From: Microthyrium microscopicum | Lineage: Eukaryota | Reading direction: 5' to 3' | Length of the DNA stretch: 64,000 nucleotides | NCBI GenBank assembly: GCA_010405405.1 | Contig: MU004232.1 | Location: 391,481 to 455,480 of the forward strand | In this document: one piece after another, positions 48,501-60,859 of the stretch | How positions within the stretch are numbered: position 1 is the first letter of the stretch | Layout: the number at the start of each line of letters is the position of its first letter | Notes under the pieces: generated by a model | Databases searched by the model: none | Seen by the model: only the letters and a program-made list of their open reading frames with translations | Told to the model about the DNA's origin: nothing | Made by a program: the position numbers and the translations under genes

Positions 48501-50104
48501 TGTCGAGCGCGGCCCTTGGACTGTACATATCGTATCATTGAATCGTATAGATCGAAACGAATGACGAGATTGCATGCAGGAATGTCTAGACCTTCTTCGG
48601 CCACAGAAGTTGCGAACAGACAGTTCGTTTCACCTTTCCGGAAGCTGAGCAGGGTTTGAACTTGCTTTCGAAATGTTACTGAATCATCTCCTTCTTGCGC
48701 AGAGTTGGAACCAGTTAATGCGGCAACTTTCAGATATTGACCGCCTATCCGACTGAAGATCTCAGTGAGGAGTCGAGTCGCCATTCTGGTTTGAACAAAG
48801 ACAATACACCGGCCTTGAGTGGGCGAGTTGAAGTGATCATGGAGCAAATGATATAGCTCAAGAACCTTTGGGGTCAAGTGTTCTGGTTTGGGCTCGAGGG
48901 TCTCAAATTCGTAGGTTGATATATACTCTGTCGCAGTTTCCAGAAGTGCCAACTGATCGTCCGTGAACTGAACAGCGGCTTTGTCGTTTTGGTTGCGCTT
49001 TTCCAATCGACCTTCAATCTTTTTAGCTGCCGCTTCGGCAAGGAAGAGTGTCCAGGAGAAATCCGAGGGCCATGAGCCCAGTGTTGAGGTCAGTGCCTTG
49101 GTATGGTTGAACAATTTCTTCAGCTCGTGCATTTCACCATATTTCTCAAACATGCTGAGCCAGAGCGGAGTCTCGAAGGGTAGTGGACCGCGATCATAGT
49201 AGCAGATATGCTCTTTGGCTTTGTTTCGATGCTCCTCTGACAAAGTGACTGTAGCAATTCGGGAGTCTAGCAATTGCTCTAATTCCCGCGCAGCGCCTGC
49301 AAGATCATCAACCTTTGCACTTACAGGAGAAGCTGTCATGCCAAAGACTCGAGGTCGTTTCGCTTTTTCTTCGTGAGCATAAAAGTCTCGAATAATTCGT
49401 GCATACACATGTCCTTGCTTGGCGTGATGTGCTTCATCAAATATCAAAAGATTAATTTGCTCAATCGTCAGGTATGAATGTACAAGGCACTGATGGAGAA
49501 CCTCTGCTGTACATACGATGACCATAGCCTTTTTGAGTAGTTTCTCCCAAGTATCTTTCGTCCATAGAGCGGCTCCCATGGAGCCGCAAACTCGCTCAAT
49601 CTTGTGGTCAAGATTGCACTTCAAGACTGAGTGTTGTTGGAAGACCAAAGTTGTTTGATTGACTAAGAAAAAGGCATATCTTCGAGCCTTTCCAGTCGCA
49701 CGGTCCTCAATCTCTTGGTCCAGAACATGTCTCAGGAGAAGCACAGCAATGAGTGTCTTTCCGGCGCCAGTATCCAGGACTGCTATGGTGTTTTCTTTCT
49801 TGGCACGCTCGAAGAGCTCCAGTTGATAGTCTCGTGGGTCCGTGATTTTGACATTGTCCTGTCGGGAGAGGAGGGCTTCTATGGATTGCAAGTCTTCCGT
49901 CTGTCCTTTGACTCTTTCTTTTGAGAGCGTTTCAATCTCGCTTGCGATCCAATCTGAGAAGACTGCTGTTCTGGCAGCGGATTTGGCTGGTGGTTCGGGA
50001 GGAAGCAAGTTGGCATCCAGGTCACTGTCTTCATCGTCACTAGAATCACTGGAGTCAGTTTGATCGAAGACATCTTCATACTCATCATCATCATGGAACT
50101 CCAT
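45584..50104 (-). CDS. dcl1: Dicer-like protein 1 (DExH helicase, dimerisation domain, PAZ-like region, two RNase III domains, dsRBD)
   Basis: Motifs: 'PRDYQLELF', 'DTGAGKT', 'DEAHH', 'ATSVAEEGLDIP', 'NYERLEFIGD', 'SYQRLEFLGD', 'PKCLPDIVES'. The ORF is 1506 aa and uninterrupted. A short upstream exon (about 50270-50197) is possible. Confidence 0.95.
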   Translation of the reverse strand: MEFHDDDEYEDVFDQTDSSDSSDDEDSDLDANLLPPEPPAKSAARTAVFSDWIASEIETLSKERVKGQTEDLQSIEALLSRQDNVKITDPRDYQLELFERAKKENTIAVLDTGAGKTLIAVLLLRHVLDQEIEDRATGKARRYAFFLVNQTTLVFQQHSVLKCNLDHKIERVCGSMGAALWTKDTWEKLLKKAMVIVCTAEVLHQCLVHSYLTIEQINLLIFDEAHHAKQGHVYARIIRDFYAHEEKAKRPRVFGMTASPVSAKVDDLAGAARELEQLLDSRIATVTLSEEHRNKAKEHICYYDRGPLPFETPLWLSMFEKYGEMHELKKLFNHTKALTSTLGSWPSDFSWTLFLAEAAAKKIEGRLEKRNQNDKAAVQFTDDQLALLETATEYISTYEFETLEPKPEHLTPKVLELYHLLHDHFNSPTQGRCIVFVQTRMATRLLTEIFSRIGGQYLKVAALTGSNSAQEGDDSVTFRKQVQTLLSFRKGETNCLFATSVAEEGLDIPACNLVIRFDLYDSMIRYVQSKGRARHRNSKFYHMMETGNIQQERLVQGVLTDARRMHALCGDMPGDRIVTNGDEDLPKDFEDRHMEPSTKATLTSHIALAVLAHFVASLPKSDTFVIQNPRYDYRRDGDKFVYEVILPQGSPIERCFGEPKKRKSLAKRSAAFQMCKKLREESLIDENFVSCYQKILPMMRNAKLALPSKKGNTYEALMKPTAWTEGSGILPTEAYLTVIDIEGSLERPHQPLGILTRQPLPNFPKFPLFLTQGNVPFVACKSVQTAIPCSPSFLSKATKFSLVLLKDIFNKDYEEDVAKMPYWLVPVTFAPDYQVDSATLDLIATKKAEPRSAEHEYGWQRDTPDEAIADKYIIDIWQGGRRFFSIKVDPTKCSGDPVPEGAPPTKYMDSILEYSISLWKKQRELWAKVWDKKQPVLECEQPQTRRNLLGKPQRDEIKQLQGLQRVYVCPQPLKISVISTKIATMGYVFPAAIHRIEEYLISLEAFDLLGLRVDTNLALEAMTKDSDNSGDHQEEKINFRAGMGNNYERLEFIGDTFLKTATSISLHTQTPSDTEFFCHVNRMLMICNNNLFEAAKDLKLYRFVRSQEFSRRTWYPPCIRLLVGKGAGKVEPPREHHLGDKSVADVCEAIIGAAFVQFNRLDAWAPADWDAAVKAVTLLVRNENHQMMKWDDYFEAYKEPEFMTFPLRYTETDLAEKVYLEHPYKFNHPRHIRNAFNHPSLASHDKVPSYQRLEFLGDSLLDMVCVSYLFYNYPMKDPQWLTEHKMAMVSNKFLGALCVKIGFHRHLRHHHDALQGQIGDFVIEAEEAERVANGAVDYWTTLTAPPKCLPDIVESFIGALFVDAKFDFTPVRDFFDRHIQPFFVDMKIYDTFANNHPTTKLHHLLAIELGCRDFKLMAQELPQLNPLAVSKIVSGVMIHDKVAGSAVRESSGYAKVAASKKALELLEGMFRPEFRAMFGCDCVEEVVDSDGSTQGDAQKIDIGTAV

Positions 50105-51460
50105 GCTGTATTTGTTGAATACTGATCGTCAAGAGGAAGTAGTTTTGGAAATGTGGAAGGGTGGAAATAGCAAATATCGCAAATACACGAACGTACCTAT
50201 ACCACCCAACTCCGGAATCTTGCAGCCTACTAGGCTCTGTCTCAGCAGGCATGAGGCTTGTCTTTTCCATATTTGTCTGCCGCCTGTCAAGGGACTCGTG
50301 TAACTCAGCTCCGGCTAACTGCCTCAAGATGTTCCGATGGCTGGGTCTTGGAAGCGTCTGAAGCCGAATTTGGTGTCGACTCAATGAAGCAAGATAATAA
50401 ATGTGAGATTGATTTAATCTTTCAGACAAGAAGTACGTGAATCATGTTCTGCGAGCATATCTTCAGTCAAAAGGGTTTTTCCATTGGGGGACAGTGATCG
50501 TGCGAATGCTGGGCTTCAATTGACTCCAGAAGCGCAAGTCTTAAGCAGGGCGAAGCGACCAGCTTTTATGCTGTCAACTGGGGATGTTTGATCTCCAGGA
50601 TATTAAGCGCTACAGTGAATGCCCTCGGCAAGACTCAATGAGACAAAAATTGGAGTTGAGAAGGTTGAGACGCGCTGAGGTCAAACGAGAAACGCGATAT
50701 CAGCGCGCAGCCACGTGGATGGCCGATTGCTATCCCCAGAAGTGGAAGTTGCAATCCGGTCGTGGCCATCACGACGCATCACCCAAGGTCTGAGATTTTG
50801 AGCACGACTTGCACCTGATATCATGAGCTATTGGATTCCTGACCAACTGGTGCGCATTTCAGGAAGCAATTGAGGACAGAAGTTGCAAGAAGTGAGGAGT
50901 CAAGAATTGGATTCTCCTTTTCGGAAGTTGATGAGGATCTGCCAGCCTTATTTTTGTGGAGATTGGAGCTCGGACTGTTGGAAACGATTTCCTCAATTGT
51001 TTTCCAAAGTGAACCCAAACACCATCACTCTCCGCAATATATTTCACGCGTTTGGTCGTTTTGGCATTGGCGGTCATTGACCTGCTGGCTCAGTCTTTCC
51101 ATAACGATGTGCTCTGATCTACACTTATCGATATTTGATAGACGAGATTTTACTCAAGTCTGACTAATGGCCACTGGAACGCAATCTTGAAAACAATGCT
51201 GTTTCGACAGCTATGAAGCTACGAAAGACAATGTTAATCCCGAGAATCCAACAACGCTGCCCGCAATAGAAGGTGATCAACGAGATGGACAAGCTGAAAA
51301 CAAAACACAAGGGCTAAGACAACTGATCGACGATGCTGCATCCTTGGTATAAAGGCGAATACTGACCTCCTAGAACTGATTGTCGACGCCAAAGCATCGC
51401 TCAAATTCAATCATTCATTCAAACTACAGTCATTCATTTTCCCAGTCGTCTCTACTCATA

Positions 51461-52421
51461 ATGTATAAACCACTAATCTTCAGCCTCGCGACCATCGCGG
51501 CAGCAGCACCTTTCCCAGGAAGCCCAGCCAGCTTGCCATTCTCAGGCCTAGGCTTACCATCCCCATCAAACTCCCCACCAAGATCCCCGTCACCATCGCC
51601 ATCAGCAAGTAGCACCAGCCAGACGCCTCCCTTCTATCACAACAACGGCGTTCTATACGACCCCGCCAGCTTCGACGACCTCATTCCCATTGCTGGCGCA
51701 GTCGCAGTCCAAGAAATCGGCCCATACGATGGCCTTGACTACATCGGAATCGACCTCGTTTCTCCAGGGCTAGCAGGTGTGGTTGCCGCAGGAGTTGTAC
51801 CAAATACCTCCCCAAACGTAGGAGTCTACGGCGAAGCAACGTCAGATGTCCTGGAAGACGGTCCATTCATCACAACAAACTACACTGGAAGTGTGTCGTT
51901 GGCGTTTGACTTTGAGGAGTTTTATTTCGGCTGTGAAGAGGGGACGCTAGAGGCTGTACGTACAATCCCTTGAACCACTTTGAGAAAGAAAGGCTGACAT
52001 GGTGGTATAGGTTGCATCCACGCTCGCCGCCTGCAACGTCACCGTCAGCGCCTATCGTGGCTCCCACTTCATCGCGAACCAAACGTTCTACTATACGGCT
52101 GATCTGCTTACCGATGGCCTCACATCCGCGATGGTGAAAGCTGAGCTTGATCCTCGCATCTTCAAGGGGATCACAAAAGCTACCTTCTCATCTGATATTG
52201 TCGATATTGATGTTGCTACTGTTACGCTCATTGATAGCCTGAAATACGTTGTGTATTACCAGGAGGGCAAGGGCCCACAAGATCCCACGTGGAAGAGCAC
52301 TGGGACTGTTCTTGATACATCTGCATTGACGAAGCCTGTGACGGCCGTTACCTCCAAGGTAGACTTCAATGGCATTGCCAATACGCTGGGTCTCGGAGAG
52401 CTCACGAGCAGGTCGGAATGA
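51461..52421 (+). CDS. Putative secreted protein, 2 exons
   Basis: Signal peptide 'MYKPLIFSLATIAAAAP', a Ser/Pro-rich linker and 'FDFEEFYFGC'. Intron at about 51956-52010. Confidence 0.7.
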
Positions 52422-52850
52422 GTCAAAACGAGATTTCTAAGGATGGGAGTTCTTGAGGAAAGGGGTTATCGAAGTCGATGTAATAAGATCCGAGCAGGAG
52501 CTAGAGCGAATCCGTAACAGCTCACTAGGTGGTGTCCATCAGCTGGGCGTATTTTCGAAATGTTAACACTGATCTATCCCACTGATCTATCCCGCACTTC
52601 AAAGTTCAGTCTTTCAGGTCTCGTATGTTGACTAGAAGTTGAATGCATAGGTTGATGTCCAGACAGAAATTACACTCGGCTCGGCTACCGTAAGCTCTCA
52701 AGCCCAATCGGCAAGCCGAACCCCACTACACTCAGAATGCATGCGACAGCATCTTCACAAACTTATTGAATCTCCAAGATTTACGATCATTCCAAACTTC
52801 TTACACATTTTGCACGAAGATGAGACTGGCTTCGACCTGGTCCACGGATA

Positions 52851-55202
52851 ATGGCTGAAAACTCTTCGTCACTCTCGTCAGTACGATGGGAGACACTACC
52901 AGCAGGTAAGCGATACCATTCATTTAACTTTCGAATATTTCGAATCGAATGATTTTGAGCTGACAGTAATACAGAGGTCTTGCAAATATGGCATCAATAC
53001 CGGACCCCCATAATCGTTTCCCTTACCGTAATCCTTGTTGCTCTCCGTACTCTCCACATCCTTCGAAACCGCAACAAACAGGAACTGGACCGCAAGCTAC
53101 CACTACTATCCTCGGCGGGGCCAAAGAGCGTGGACACCAATAGAACATCTAGCGAAAGGGTTGGAGAGAATGGAAACACAGAAAAGCCCCAGAGTGGACC
53201 AAAAAGAATCGTGGGCAAGAAGTTGGCACGGGCAAGCATGATTTCAGCAGGGTTCAGTCCAGCTACGGACAAGATCCAGCCTCTAGTTTTCTTCTCTTCA
53301 CTTGGTGGAATGACCGAAGCATTAGCGACCAAGCTGTCTCAAGAATTGGATGTCTGGTCTGAAACCCTAGAAGATCCGTCTACGATACTCAAGTCTTCGC
53401 TACTGGATCTTTCCTACATCGAGCAAGATGACTATTTCGTCTCCCCACCAAAAGGTGAACCAAACACCTCATACTTCTATCTTCTCCTGGTACCCACCTA
53501 CAACATCGACACGACGCTAAACAACTTCCTCGAAAATCTCAAAGAGACTCATCATGACTTTCGCATAGACACGGCTCCATTAGCCAGACTATTAGGCTTT
53601 TCAGTCTTTGGGTTCGGAGACAAGGAAGGATGGCCAACCGAAGATGAAGGATTCTGTTCGCAGGCTGCGGAGGTTGACAAGTGGATGGCAAAGCTGACGG
53701 CCAGAAAACGAGCGTTTCCGCTTGGAATGGGAGATATAAAGAGCGACTGGAAAACGAGACTAGCAGAATGGCAAGACGGTTTACAAAATGTTCTACTGGA
53801 AATACAAAAGGGCAATGGTCTAGGCGAGGGTGTACCAGGAAGTGGAGATGCTGAAGAAAGTGACGTTGAGGAAGAAGAGGAAGAACTCGATTCCAAGAAG
53901 GTTCCAAAGAAGAAGGCGGGAAAGTCAACTCTGGATGATGTTGAAGATCTTGGTGGTTCATATCGGGGTTCGGGTGAATCCACTGGGCCATTGGCTATCG
54001 ACTTTACGACTTACGGCTCGAAAGCAAAGACTGTTGAGAACACTTCGAGAGAAATGGTTCCAAAGACCTCACCAACGTATGCATCTCTAACTAAGCAAGG
54101 CTACACTATTGTAGGATCACATTCCGGCGTCAAGATATGTCGATGGACTAAATCAGCCCTTCGAGGACGAGGATCATGCTACAAGTATTCCTTCTATGGC
54201 ATCAAGTCCCATTTATGTATGGAAACCACGCCATCACTATCATGCAGCAATAAGTGCGTCTTCTGCTGGCGTCACGGCACAAATCCTGTCGGAACCACCT
54301 GGCGCTGGAAAGTCGATCCCCCAGACCTAATATTCAACGGTGTCAAAGAAGGCCACTACAAGAAAATCAAAATGCTCAAAGGCGTCCCTGGCGTCCGCGC
54401 CGAACGATTCGCCGAAGCAATGCAAATCCGCCACTGCGCACTCTCACTAGTCGGCGAACCAATCTTCTACCCGCACATCAACGAATTCCTCGCTATGCTT
54501 CACAAAGAACGCATTTCCTCCTTCCTAGTCTGCAACGCACAACATCCAGATGAACTAGCTGCATTAGATCACGTTACTCAACTCTACGTCTCCATCGACG
54601 CGTCCAACAAAGACAGTCTAAAGAAGATCGACCGCCCCCTCCACCGTGACTTCTGGGAGCGATTCCTACGATGTCTAGATATCCTGCGCGAAAAGCGCTT
54701 TCAGCAACGTACCGTGTTCCGCCTGACCCTAGTCAAAGGCTTCAATATCGAAGATGAAGCTGAAGGATATGCTGAGCTCGTCGCCCGTGGCCTGCCCTGC
54801 TTCATTGAAGTCAAAGGCGTCACGTTTTGCGGTACTTCCACGTCCGCAGGTGCAGGTCTGACGATGCAAAACGTTCCGTTCTACGAAGAAGTTTGCGAAT
54901 TCGTACATGCGCTTGTCGCTGCATTGGAACGACGCGGTCTGGAGTATGGCATTGCGGCGGAACATGCGCACAGTTGTTGTGTGTTGCTCGGGAGCACACG
55001 GTTTAAGATTGAGGGAAAGTGGCATACTCTGATTGGGTATGAGAAGTTCTTTGAATGCTTGGAAAGTGGTGAGGAGTTTGGACCGGAAGATTACGTTGGT
55101 GAACCAACTCCTGAGTGGGCGCTTTGGGGAAATGGAGGTTTTGATCCTCGCGATGAGAGATTCTATCGTAAGGGGAAGAAGGCTGTCACTTGTGATGGTT
55201 GA
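52851..55202 (+). CDS. TYW1: tRNA wybutosine-synthesizing protein 1 (flavodoxin-like + radical SAM), 2 exons
   Basis: Motifs: 'HSGVKICRWTKSALRGRGSCYK', CxxxCxxC 'CSNKCVFCWRH', 'HCALSLVGEP', 'EVKGVTFCG'. Intron at about 52906-52974. Confidence 0.96.
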
Positions 55203-55673
55203 GTGAGCGGATATGTATACGATACTGGGGTTGTATTCTTCGCAGCCAAATAAGAAACCTTCTGGACACTCACTCTCACTTATCTCGTCATCCCAAATCA
55301 AACTTACCAGGTTTAGAATTCGCGAAACATCTCACGCAAGATGGAATGCTAACTGCTCGAAACGATTTACCATTCTCTGCTTTGCTTGGGCTCGGGATTT
55401 TCTGGTTGACCTCCATCAGGCTGAGCTAATGGCTACGCAAGTATCAAACTGAGGTTCAACAAAGATCAAAGAAGAGCAATCGCAGTACACAAAATAACAT
55501 CTTAGCAAAACACTACCTTTTCTTTGTCTACCTATTGCTATAACACGATATATCTTCTTTGGATCTACTTAGAGCGCCCGTTCCTGACATAAAACGAACC
55601 ATTCCACCAAATCCACCAGCCGGTATAGCACCTCCTCACAACTCTCGCGCGTCTAATAGTCTACAAAAGTTCA

Positions 55674-58600
55674 ATGGGCAGTTCCTACAGTCAGCAGGCA
55701 AGGCAGGACTACTCCTTGTGGAATGACAGCCCATGGAATCGCCACATATACGGAGACTCCACGCCGTGTGGGTGGAAACGCGATCCTGAGTCTGGGAAGT
55801 GGTGTCAGCCTCCGACCATCTGGCGATTTGACGGCTCTTACTGGATGTTTATGCCGGAATGCAAATCCTTTCTCAGTGATGGTTGCAAAGATGGCTCCAA
55901 CTGCAGAAAGATTCATGCAAAAACGGACAGTGTCGGGGATGCACTGGGCAATGAGCCATCAAATAGCCAGGAGGCTGATGGTGCTGATCGGGGGGGAGAA
56001 GAAGACGTGCCATACTCCGACCCTTTTGAAACTATGGAAGATGAGCTGATAGAAGTGCTGCAGGGAGACGGACAGTCTGAAAACGATCAGATTGGGAGTG
56101 ACAACGTGTCCTACATCGACCCCTTCGGGGCATTGGAGGACAATTTGGTAGAGACTCTGCAAAACGGTCACAGTTACGAAAAGGAACGACAGATCAATGC
56201 CCAGATCGATGCGTTGACTAGTACCGAGCAGTGCATAGACGCCTTAAAATCGCTCAAAGGATTTTCAAAGCTAGCAGAACACTTGACCGCCATCGAGAAG
56301 CAAACACCAATTCTGGGAGCTCAGCGTCGAAGTTTGCAGTATGCCTGCAATCGAATGAATCTAGTCCTGACTACCGAAGAAGAACTCGACATCGACTACG
56401 CGACCAGGGTTTATAATCAATATTGCAAACTCGCTGGCTATCTACCCAAACACGGCAAGTTCTCTGCTAGCAGCGACTGCTGTGGAGAACTTGATTTGCG
56501 TCAAATCAAGTCCGGCACCATTCTTTTCACTGAAGTGGAGACATTTTGCCCTACTGGCATCGACGGCATCTCATCGATGCTCGCAAAAATTCCAGGTCTT
56601 GTTGTTATCGTTGTCTTTGAAGCATCGGAAGTGCCAGAGTCGTTCAAGGAGATGATGCCCGACTCCCTGTCCCATTTACATCTTGAAAATGTCATCACCA
56701 TCACCGATGAGAAGGTCTTGGAGTTAATTACTCGTTCGGTGAATAAGACATTCAAGAAAAGTCCTATGAAGATCGAAGAGGGCTTCAAAGGTCCCTACAT
56801 ACAAGCCTGTGCTCGCCGAATCCTAAAGAAATGTAGCAATGATTACGAAAACTTGCATAGAACTGTCCGCAGCGAGATGCAGAAAGTATACGACAGACAG
56901 CTAAAACGCCTAGCAACGAGCGATGATAGTACAGACAAATTGCTTCTCACAGCAGACGACCTTCTTGGGCCGCTCCCGGACGCATCGCAGTTCAAAATGG
57001 AAGAGTGGGTAGAATTGCAAAGCATGATAGGACTCGAAAAAGTGAAACAGTCGATTCAAGCGCTGATGGATGGACTTCTGATTGATTACTACCGCGAGCT
57101 GAATGGACAGAAGCCACTAACAGTCAAGTTATCCAGATTGTTCTTGGGACCTCCTGGCACAGGTATATCACCCCATTCTTCCAATATCCACTGCACCACT
57201 AACGTCTATTCCCACAGGCAAAACTACAGTAGCCAAATTATATGGCGCGATCCTAGCAAAGCTCAACCTCCTCTCAAACGGCGAGTTAGTATGCATAAAC
57301 GCAAACGATCTAATCGGCTCATACATTGGAGAATCACTAGCTACAACAAAAGCCATCATCGAAAACTGTCAAGGCAAAGTCCTCCTCATCGACGAAGCCT
57401 ACATGCTCCATGCCAAACGCAATAACGATTGCCCATTCCGACAAGAAGTCACAGACACGATCGTGGGGCAGATACAGAATACCCCTGGCGAGGACATATG
57501 CGTAATTATGTGTGGCTATAAGAAGGAAATGGAGGACTACATCAGAGACGCCAATCCTGGACTGCAAAGACGGTTTCCTTTAGATGAGGCCTTTATCTTC
57601 GAAGACTTTGACGACAAGGCGCTGGGGGAGATTCTAGATCTCAAGGTCAAGAAGCAAGATCTGAAGATGACGGATGACGGTCGGAGGGCGGCGATGGCGG
57701 TGTTGAAGCTCGCCAAACAACGTCTCAATTTTGGAAATGGTGGTGCTGTTGATAACGTCTTGGGCGAGGCGGTTATCAACTACCGTAAACGCTTTTCCAA
57801 ATCACCAGTCGATCAGCGAGCAAGCTACTTGAAGGAAGGGTTGTTGTTAGACGTCGACTTTGATCCAGACTGCAAAAGAGCATTGGAAGCTGAAAGTGAA
57901 ATTGATCGCCTTTTTGAAGACATGATCGGATTAGAATCCCAAGTCGACGTGTTCAGAGGATTATCTCGTCGAGTCAAAAATATGACTGGACGGAATGTTG
58001 ATCCAAAGCTATATGTGCCTTTCAGTTTTGTCTTCAAGGGCCCACCAGGCTGCGGAAAGACAACTGTTGCCAGAAAGATTGGACAATTGTACTGGTCAAT
58101 GGGTATTCTGGCCACAAATGAAGTCGTTGAAGTTTCCGTTCAAGACCTGATTGCTGCATATGTAGGTCAAACCATCACCAAGACCCGAACACTGCTGGAA
58201 AGTGCTCTTGGCAAAGTTCTTTTCATTGATGAAGCGTATCGCCTGGCCGGAGAGACGACTTCAGATAACTCCCAGAGTTTTGCAGCCGAAGCAAGAGACG
58301 AGCTGGTAGACGCCATGACAAAGCCTCAGTTCGACGGCAAACTCGTGATAATTCTGGCCGGATACACTGCTCCCATGGAAGTCACGCTCAGTCAAAACCC
58401 TGGGCTAGCTAGTCGATTCCCTACGCATCTTCAATTCCAGAACTTGTCGCCGGAAGCATGTGTGCTCCTTTTGAAACAACGTATTGAGGCGCTTGGTGTA
58501 ACGACAACACTTGATGGAAAAGAACCCGATCTACAAGACAAATTCAAGTCATTGAGTGCCAATGAAGACTGGGGAAATGGGCGCGATATCGAATCGATCG

Positions 58601-58707
58601 CGAAAGAAGTCGTTGGCCAGAGATTTGAAACACTCAAGGACGAGGACAAGGAGGAAGTTACTCTTGACTTTGTAAGAGGCATTCTCGAGAAGTGGCCGTT
58701 CGGATGA
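55674..58707 (+). CDS. CbbX/SpoVK-family tandem AAA+ ATPase with an N-terminal CCCH zinc finger, 2 exons
   Basis: 'CKSFLSDGCKDGSNCRKIH'. AAA1: 'GPPGT|GKT' across intron 57163-57217, 'VLLIDEAY', 'NPGLQRRFP', 'FGNGGAV'. AAA2: 'GPPGCGKTT', 'VLFIDEAY', 'NPGLASRFP', 'WGNGRDI'. Confidence 0.88.
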
Positions 58708-58934
58708 TATTGTACCAGCCATTATTGGAGTATGTTTATACATTCAAACTACTGATAAAGACCAAGAGATTGTCCCCAGAAAACCCATTATACACGTAAA
58801 TCTTCTCGTCATGGAGTCGTAGAGTATGCTCCATTATCCAGTCCAGATCATCCAATCCAAATCCCAAATCCCATATGACCAGTTCAACACCACTCAAAAT
58901 GCCCAAGCTCCATAAACTTTACCCATTACCTGCT

Positions 58935-60859
58935 TTACTTCATCATATTATGCTTCTTGATAAACGAAACAATCGTACTGTATCCCTTCCTCTTCGCAAC
59001 TTCCTCCGCGCTGCCACTGAGGCCATCCCAATCCGTCGTGATTACACGCACATCCGCACCATGCCGTATCAGTGTCTTGACACAGCCAATATGCCCCTTT
59101 GACGCCGCACATATTAGTGGTGTCGCCAACGTATCGGATTTTGGATCGATTTCGCAGCCCTTCTCCAGCAGGAGTTTAAGCACGTCTTCATTGCCCTTGT
59201 ATGCTGCCCAGTGGAGCGGCGTGAGGCGATTTTCCTGACGAACATTGATATCCGCGTGCTCCGCGATCAAAACGCGGGCAGTACGAAGATCTCCTACGGT
59301 CGCAGCGTAATGCAGCGGTGTATTGCCCTCACTATCCACCGGATCTATATTGGCGCCAGATTCAAGGAGGAGAGCACATGTAGCGGATTGTGATGTTATA
59401 GCTGCTTGATGCAGGGGTGTCATATCCGCCGGACTTCTCAAATTCACGCGTGCTCCAGATTTCAGCAAGAGGCGGACAACGTCGATATGCCGTCCTATGA
59501 TGGCGCAAAAGATTGGCGCGTTGCCGTCTCGTCCGGATAGACGGTCTACGTCGGCATCGCAGGAGAGGAGGACGCGGGCGACTTCGACGTTGCCTTCCCA
59601 GCATGCTAGATGCAAGGGCGCATCGCCTTTGCCGTCTTCGGTGTCGACGAGGGCGCCGTTTTTTAGAAGCATTTTTGCGCTCTCTGGGTGGTTTCGGCGG
59701 GCTGCTTCGTGCATTGGTGTGCGGCGGAGACGGCCGTGGATTGCGTTTGGGTCCATTTCGGTCAATATGGCCTCCAAAGCGTCGACGTCGTCGGCAGTAA
59801 CGGCGGCCATCATTTTGGCGGTTGTTGCGGAGGAAGGGGATCCGGCGCGTGTGGTGGGCATGGAAATGGGTTGCGAGTCGATTTCAACAGGGGCGGGGAG
59901 AGAAGGTTTATTATCAGGGATATCGATGCCGGAGCCGTCGGCTGGGGGTGTGTATCGTGGAAGATCATCGACTGTGGGCGATTGTTGGATGAACTGTTTT
60001 AGATCGTCGCGGAGGGTTGCTTGGGAGTCCGCTATGTCTTCTTTCAATATGGGTTGGACGGGTAGGGATGATTCGTTATGCGATACGTTCTCGGCATGTC
60101 TGGATGTGAATCAGTATATGTTATTTGAAAGTTTGGAGAGGCATACTTTTGTATAGAATCAACGATGAACATCAGGGACTCTCTTTGATCTTTCAATTGT
60201 TTTGTGATATTCTCAATCTCGCACATTGCCTTTGCTGAAGGCGGCGTGTCCGTCGAGCACGCCGATCTTCCAACAACTTCGAGTTCACTATCCAACGTCG
60301 ATATAACGAGCGCCAGTCCCGTCAAGATTTTCTCGAAACATGTGCGCATTCCCTCCTGAGAGCTCAATGTGCTATAGTATAGTGACAACAGCTGTTGGAT
60401 CTGGCACAGCGCACTTATCGTGTGCGGCAACTCCGCAGCTAATCCAGGCATGGCTGTTCCTTCTGGTGTCCCAATTTCTCGAACTCTTTGCACTTGTCTT
60501 CCAGTCGCAGCTACGAGTGTTGCAATACGCGTAATCAGTCCTTCTCTTGCGCCGGATATGTCTCCCTCAACTAACAATCTCGAGTTCTTCCTACTCCTTC
60601 CTCCAGGTGTGGTAGAGACTCTATATGCTGTCACCAGTGCAAGGGCAGTAAAGCTGACGCACGCGACGGTAAAAACAATAGCCGGTTGATTGAACTTGGA
60701 TAAAAAGCTTGCGGACAACTGTGCCATAACATTCCAGCGCGATAGTTGTTCAGGAATCGGATCGGGTGCAGGCGGTGGTGGTGGTGGTAGTGGACTCCAT
60801 TTGTTAACGAGAGCGTGAACCCAAAACCTCAGCGTATCCTGCCCGGATGCCAGGGGCAT
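58935..60859 (-). CDS. Ankyrin-repeat protein with a hydrophobic segment and a helical, STAND-associated-like N-terminal domain, 2 exons
   Basis: About 7 ankyrin repeats (TPMHEAA, APLHLAC, TPLHQAA, TPLHYAA, TPLHWAA, TPLICAA). An intron at about 60145-60100 joins ORFs 60044-61066 and 58935-60047. The start codon is uncertain. Confidence 0.8.

Noticed and set aside
52568..52593. 13-bp tandem duplication cactgatctatcc
   Set aside because: Simple slippage duplication with no further structure.
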